A stretch of DNA of 21,031 bases from Acidobacteriota bacterium. Its GTDB lineage: Bacteria; Acidobacteriota; Polarisedimenticolia; Gp22-AA2. Of this stretch, positions 15,221 to 19,136 are shown piece after piece. How positions within the stretch are numbered: the first letter of the stretch is position 1; each line of letters starts with the position of its first letter. Made by a program: the position numbers and the translations under genes. The notes beneath the pieces were generated by a model. It ran no database searches and was not told the DNA's origin. It was given only the letters and a program-made list of their open reading frames with translations. The DNA lies in the NCBI GenBank assembly GCA_043740165.1, contig JAYUCR010000397.1:1-21031 (forward strand). Direction: 5' to 3'.

Positions 15221-15248
15221 TTGCGAGTCTGTCATCGGAACCTATATT
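15221..15248 (+). promoter_or_regulatory. Candidate sigma70-type promoter for the plus-strand operon (TTGCGA-N16-TATATT)
   Basis: TTGCGA (15221-15226) matches TTGACA at 4/6. A 16-nt spacer follows, then TATATT (15243-15248), matching TATAAT at 5/6. The site is about 40 nt upstream of the first gene, in the least GC-rich part of the window. It is followed by the SD-like GGGGAGAGGGG (15275-15285). Confidence 0.35.
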
Positions 15249-15285
15249 CCCTCCGCTCAAGACGCGGAAATAACCGGGGAGAGGG

Positions 15286-16428
15286 GTGATGCAGGAAGCG
15301 ACGAGGCCGGTAGACATAGAGGAAGACCCCGGACCGTCACAGGGGCTCGACCTCATTGGCCTGCTCGCGGCGCCGGGGCCGATGGGGGCCGCGCTCCGGT
15401 CGGCGATGCGCGATCTCCCCCCCTCCGCGGTCCCGGGACTCGTGGAGCGGCTGGTCTACCACCGCATCGACGGCCTGGCCTGGCGCGCCATCGCCGGCCT
15501 TCCGGCGGACGAGATCGACCCCTGGCTCCGCGCCACGCTGCGCCGCCGGCACCAGCAGCGCAGCGCCGCGGTCCTGGCGCAGGGACTGGGGCTCGCCGAG
15601 GTGCTCGATCACCTGACGCGGGCCGGCGTGCCGGTCGCGGTGACGCGCGGGCTGCGGGTCATCGAGTGGATCTACCGTGACACGGGGGCGAGGCCGTTCG
15701 AGGATCACGATCTCCTGGTCCGGCCCGCCGACGAGCCGCTGGCGTGCGCCGTCCTGCAGCGCCTGGGGTACGAGGAACGCGCCCCCCGCCTTTTCCGCCG
15801 CACCACCATCACGCTGGACCTGCACACCGACCCGCTCGGAGCGCGCCGCCGCCCGACGCGCGCGCAGCTCTTCCCGATCGACGTCGAGGCGCTGTTCCGT
15901 GACGCCAGCCCCGGCTGGATCGCCGGCGGCCCGGCGATGATCCTGGCCCCCGAGGACGAGATCCTGCTGCTCGCGCTGCACGTCGTGAAACATTCCTTCG
16001 ATCGCCTGATCCGCACCGCCGACCTGGCGCACCTGGTCGCCGTGCACGGCAACGCCATCTGCTGGGAAAGGGTTCGGGAGCGCGCCGAGGAGGCGCGCGC
16101 CACGCGGCTCCTCGGCCTGGCGTTTGGCGCCGCGACGCCGTTCGGCATCACGGTGCCGGCGGCGGTGCGCCTGCCGGAGCCTTTCGCCGGCCTCGAAGGG
16201 CTGCTGCTCGATCGCGTCCGCGCCTTCCGTCCCCTCCCCTACTGCGGAGAGGTGCTGATGGCGATGGCCGCTCCGCGCTTCCTCGATCGCCTGCGCTACG
16301 TCCTCGATGCGCTCGTCCCGGCGGGCGAGGCGCCGGCGGGCGGCTGGTCGGCGGCGGAGATCCCCCGCCGCAGCGTGATTCTGCTCGACGGCGCCGCGCG
16401 CCGGATGCGTGAAAGGAGACGGGCGTGA
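15286..16428 (+). CDS. Nucleotidyltransferase family protein (NTP_transf_5 / PF14907-like, the type associated with RiPP and HprK-like kinase clusters)
   Basis: 380-aa ORF. It has FEDHDLLVRPAD (the D-x-D nucleotidyltransferase motif in the DIDLLV-like context typical of PF14907) and the downstream helical region LLLALHVVKHSFDRLIRTADLAHL typical of this family. The start is either GTG 15286 or the adjacent ATG 15289, after the GGGGAGAGGGG SD. The stop overlaps the next gene (GTGA). Confidence 0.7.
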   Translation: MMQEATRPVDIEEDPGPSQGLDLIGLLAAPGPMGAALRSAMRDLPPSAVPGLVERLVYHRIDGLAWRAIAGLPADEIDPWLRATLRRRHQQRSAAVLAQGLGLAEVLDHLTRAGVPVAVTRGLRVIEWIYRDTGARPFEDHDLLVRPADEPLACAVLQRLGYEERAPRLFRRTTITLDLHTDPLGARRRPTRAQLFPIDVEALFRDASPGWIAGGPAMILAPEDEILLLALHVVKHSFDRLIRTADLAHLVAVHGNAICWERVRERAEEARATRLLGLAFGAATPFGITVPAAVRLPEPFAGLEGLLLDRVRAFRPLPYCGEVLMAMAAPRFLDRLRYVLDALVPAGEAPAGGWSAAEIPRRSVILLDGAARRMRERRRA

Positions 16429-16730
16429 TCGAACCTGGAACCGCACGTTACATCCCCTCCCCCGACGTGGTGACGCGCAACATCGCCGGCGAGCACCTGC
16501 TGGTGCCGGTGCGCACCGGTGTCGCGCAGATGGACTACCTGTACACCGCCGACGAGGTGGGGAGCGTCATCTTCTCCCTGCTCGACGGGCAGCGCGACGC
16601 GACCGCCATCGGCCGCCATGTCGCGGAGCTGTTCGAGGTCGACGCGGCGCAGGCCACGGCCGACGTGGCGGCCTTCCTCCAGGAGCTGGAACAGGCCGGA
16701 CTGGTCCGCCTGGCCGGGGAGGACCGTTGA
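16425..16730 (+). CDS. PqqD-family protein (stand-alone RiPP recognition element, RRE)
   Basis: 101-aa ORF with the PqqD pattern: VVTRNIAGEHLLVPV.....YLYTADEVGSVIFSLLDGQRDATAIGRHVAELFEVDAAQATADVAAFLQELEQAGLV. The GTG start at 16425 is preceded by AAGGAG and overlaps the upstream stop (GTGA). Its stop overlaps the next start (TTGA). Confidence 0.85.
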   Translation: MIEPGTARYIPSPDVVTRNIAGEHLLVPVRTGVAQMDYLYTADEVGSVIFSLLDGQRDATAIGRHVAELFEVDAAQATADVAAFLQELEQAGLVRLAGEDR

Positions 16731-18031
16731 GCGCCTGCTCCCCGGTCACGTACCAGGAGTTCGGCAAGAGCGTGATGCAGGCATGCGCCGGGGCACGCGT
16801 GCCGCTGTCCGGCTCGTTCGAGCTGACCTTCAAGTGCAACCTGCGCTGCGTGCACTGCTACATCCCGGACTTCTCCGGGCGCGACGAGATGACCACCTCC
16901 GAGGTGCAGCGGATCCTGAGCGAGGCGGCCGATGAGGGATGCCTCTGGATGCTGCTCACCGGCGGCGAGGTCCTGTCGCGCGCCGACTTCCGCGAGATCT
17001 ACCTGCACGCCAAGCGCCTGGGGCTGCTGCTGACCGTGTTCAGCAACGGCACCCTCCTGGACGAACGGATCGCCGATCTGCTGGCCGAGTACCCGCCGCG
17101 GGGTATCGAGATCACCCTCTATGGGATGTCGGACGCGACGTATCTGCGCACCACCGGCTCACCGGGGCGTTTCACGCGGGTCAAGCGGGCGGTCGAGCTG
17201 CTGGCGGAGCGCCGCATCGACCTCACCCTGAAGGCGATCGCGATGGAGGAGCTGCGCGACGAGATCCCGGTCATGCAGGCCTGGGCGGCGTCGATGGGGA
17301 TCCGCTTCCGGTACGACGGCACCATTCACGGCCGGCTCGACGGCTCGCTCAGCCCCACGGCGGCGCGTTCCACCCCGGAGCGGCTGGTGCAGCACGACAT
17401 CAACGACCCGCGGCGGCGCGCCGACTGGATGACCTTCTACCGCGACTACGTCAAGCCGGCGCGCAAGAGCGAGATGCTGATGTCGTGCGGCGCCGGGGTG
17501 CAGAGCTTCCACGTCGACCCCAAGGGGACCCTGCTGTCGTGCGAGGCGCTCAACCTCGACGCCTACGATCTGCGCCGCGGCACGTTCCGGGAAGGCTGGT
17601 ACGGCATCGTCGGCCGCGTGCGCGAGCGCCGCGCGGCGGCCCACAACGTCTGCGCCGGCTGCGAGATCAAAGCCCTCTGCGATCGCTGCCCGGCCACGGC
17701 GCTGCTCGAGACCGGCAGCCCCGACGGCTGGATCCCCTACTACTGCGAAGTGACCCACAGGCGGGCCTCCTTCCTGGAGGCCGAGCTGGGAAACACGGAA
17801 GCCGCGGCGCGCTACATGGCCCACGCCGAGAAGGTGGCCGGCGGGTGGACTCCCGAAGGGGTCATCCTGCCGCGCGCCTCGGCGCTGCGCGCGAGCGCCG
17901 CCCCGGCGGGCGGCTGCGCGTCCGGCGGATGCACCTCGGGCGGGTGCGGCAAGCCTGCCGCGGCCGCCGCCAGTCCCCAGCCGTTGCAGATCGATTTGAA
18001 CCGCAGCAACACGATGGAGAGACAGCGATGA
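16727..18031 (+). CDS. Radical SAM / SPASM-domain peptide-modifying enzyme
   Basis: It has the CX3CX2C cluster motif (FKCNLRCVHCY), the GGE motif (LLTGGEVLSRADF) and TNGTLL-like FSNGTLL. A full SPASM signature is present: C-x12-G-x4-C (CGAGVQSFHVDPKGTLLSC) followed by CAGCEIKALCDRC (CX2CX5CX2C). The track ORF (16409) extends upstream through the PqqD gene in another frame. The likely start is TTG 16727 (GGGGAGGA SD 5-6 nt upstream, TTGA overlap with the PqqD stop). Alternatives are GTG 16772 and ATG 16775. The C-terminus carries a GGCASGGCTSGGCG tail. Confidence 0.88.
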   Translation: MSACSPVTYQEFGKSVMQACAGARVPLSGSFELTFKCNLRCVHCYIPDFSGRDEMTTSEVQRILSEAADEGCLWMLLTGGEVLSRADFREIYLHAKRLGLLLTVFSNGTLLDERIADLLAEYPPRGIEITLYGMSDATYLRTTGSPGRFTRVKRAVELLAERRIDLTLKAIAMEELRDEIPVMQAWAASMGIRFRYDGTIHGRLDGSLSPTAARSTPERLVQHDINDPRRRADWMTFYRDYVKPARKSEMLMSCGAGVQSFHVDPKGTLLSCEALNLDAYDLRRGTFREGWYGIVGRVRERRAAAHNVCAGCEIKALCDRCPATALLETGSPDGWIPYYCEVTHRRASFLEAELGNTEAAARYMAHAEKVAGGWTPEGVILPRASALRASAAPAGGCASGGCTSGGCGKPAAAAASPQPLQIDLNRSNTMERQR

Positions 18032-18219
18032 CACGCAGCCCCGAGAAGCCCGGCGCGCCGGCGCGCCGGTCGTACCACCCGCCGCAGCTGCAGCGGGTCA
18101 GCCTGGTCCCCGACGAAGCCGTTCTCGCCTCCTGCAAGACCGCGACCGTGCAGGGGCCGCTGGGCGCCTCGGCAAAATGCACCGGCACCCCTTCACTCTG
18201 CTCGCACGATGGCTCCTAA
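18028..18219 (+). CDS. Putative RiPP precursor peptide (63 aa): MTRSPEKPGAPARRSYHPPQLQRVSLVPDEAVLASCKTATVQGPLGASAKCTGTPSLCSHDGS
   Basis: This ORF is not listed separately in the track; it is the tail of the 16939-18219 ORF. Its ATG at 18028 overlaps the rSAM stop (ATGA) and is preceded by GGAGAG 7 nt upstream. G or C occupies the third codon position in 55 of 63 codons, as in the neighbouring genes. It fills what would otherwise be a 177-nt gap in an operon of overlapping genes. The N-terminal half is charged and Pro-rich with a YxxPxL motif. The C-terminal half has Cys36, Cys51 and Cys58, many Thr/Ser/Gly, and a terminal Ser. Confidence 0.7.
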   Translation: MTRSPEKPGAPARRSYHPPQLQRVSLVPDEAVLASCKTATVQGPLGASAKCTGTPSLCSHDGS

Positions 18220-19132
18220 CACACCCCGTCCGTTGATCCTGGAGATCGCCGGCATCGGCCTCTCCGTGCGGCCGGCCGAGCCGGGGATCGATCTGGTCAC
18301 CGACGCCGCCCACGAGCCGTTTCTGGCGGAAGGGATCGGCGACGACTGCGCCTCGATCGTCCTGGCGCCGGTGGCCTCCACCCGGCCGCCGCGCACCAAG
18401 GGCCGGACGATCTTCGACACCGGCTGCGTCTGGCGTCTGGAGGAGAGCGGCGACGGGCACCTCCTGACGCTGCGCTCGCCGGTGTTCGGCGCCGACCCGT
18501 ATCTCGCGGTGGAATTCGACGCCCAGTATTCCCGCGGCCAGGGGGAAACGCTCGACGGCGGCCCTCATCTGCTGGGAGCGACCATGCACCCTTTCGTCTA
18601 TCCGTTCGACGAGGTGGTCTTCCTGGCCCGCCTGGCGCGCGGCCGCGGCGTGCTGGTGCATGCCTGCGGTCTCACCTATCGCGGGCGCGGCATCCTGCTG
18701 CTCGGCACCTCGGGCGCCGGCAAGAGCACCTCGGCGCGCCTCTGGTCCGAGCGCCCCGCCGCCCGCGTCCTCTCGGACGATCGCATCGTCATCCGCCGCG
18801 ACGACGAGGGTTATCGCATCTTCGGGACCCCCTGGCACGGGGACGCCGGGCTCGAGTCGCCCGGCTCGGCGCCGCTGTGCGCCGTCTTCATCCTCGAGCA
18901 GGCGCCGCGCAATCGCGTCGTCGAGATGCCTCCCTCGCAGGCGGTGGCCCAGATGATGGTGCGCGCCTTTCCCGCCATGTGGGATCAGGGAGGCCTGGAG
19001 TTCGCGGTGAAGTTTCTGTCGCAGATGACCGAGCGGGTCCCGGTGCGGCGGCTGCAGTTCCTGCCCGAAGCCTCGGCGGTCGATTGCGTGCTCGGGGCGA
19101 TCGATGGGGGGCTCGATGCCGAAGGGGCCTGA
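18209..19132 (+). CDS. HPr kinase/phosphorylase-like P-loop kinase (HprK C-terminal-domain family; RiPP-associated kinase type)
   Basis: 307-aa ORF. VLVHACGLTYRGRGILLLGTSGAGKSTSARLWSE....VLSDDRIVI matches the HprK C-terminal-domain pattern H...v...g.GvLi.G.SG.GKS..a..L......lvsDD.v. The ATG at 18209 lies inside the last codons of the precursor ORF (11-nt overlap). Confidence 0.8.
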   Translation: MAPNTPRPLILEIAGIGLSVRPAEPGIDLVTDAAHEPFLAEGIGDDCASIVLAPVASTRPPRTKGRTIFDTGCVWRLEESGDGHLLTLRSPVFGADPYLAVEFDAQYSRGQGETLDGGPHLLGATMHPFVYPFDEVVFLARLARGRGVLVHACGLTYRGRGILLLGTSGAGKSTSARLWSERPAARVLSDDRIVIRRDDEGYRIFGTPWHGDAGLESPGSAPLCAVFILEQAPRNRVVEMPPSQAVAQMMVRAFPAMWDQGGLEFAVKFLSQMTERVPVRRLQFLPEASAVDCVLGAIDGGLDAEGA

Positions 19133-19136
19133 AGAA

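Noticed and set aside
14957-15285. T-box leader upstream of leuS
   Set aside because: I looked on the minus strand for the T-box consensus (AAnnnGGGTGGnACCGCG) and a specifier-loop layout. Only GGGGGGTGGAAGG is present, with no ACCGCG and no terminator with a U-tract. It is therefore not a T-box as far as I can see.
15337-16446. 369-aa minus ORF antisense to the nucleotidyltransferase gene, and the 17159-18034 and 18098-19216 minus ORFs antisense to the rSAM and kinase genes
   Set aside because: These are shadow ORFs with no motifs. The plus-strand frames carry the family signatures and the overlapping-junction operon structure.
16409-16726. N-terminal 106 codons of the 540-aa track ORF for the radical SAM enzyme
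   Set aside because: This stretch overlaps the PqqD gene in another frame and translates to Arg/Gly/Pro-rich sequence. The rSAM fold begins near the CX3CX2C motif, and a TTG with a GGAGGA SD sits exactly at the PqqD stop.
16939-18027. Upstream 363 codons of the 426-aa plus-strand ORF 16939-18219
   Set aside because: This part is out of frame with, and fully inside, the rSAM gene, and it is low-complexity R/P/G-rich. Only the last 63 codons, from the ATG at 18028 (with an SD, after the rSAM stop), look like a real gene.
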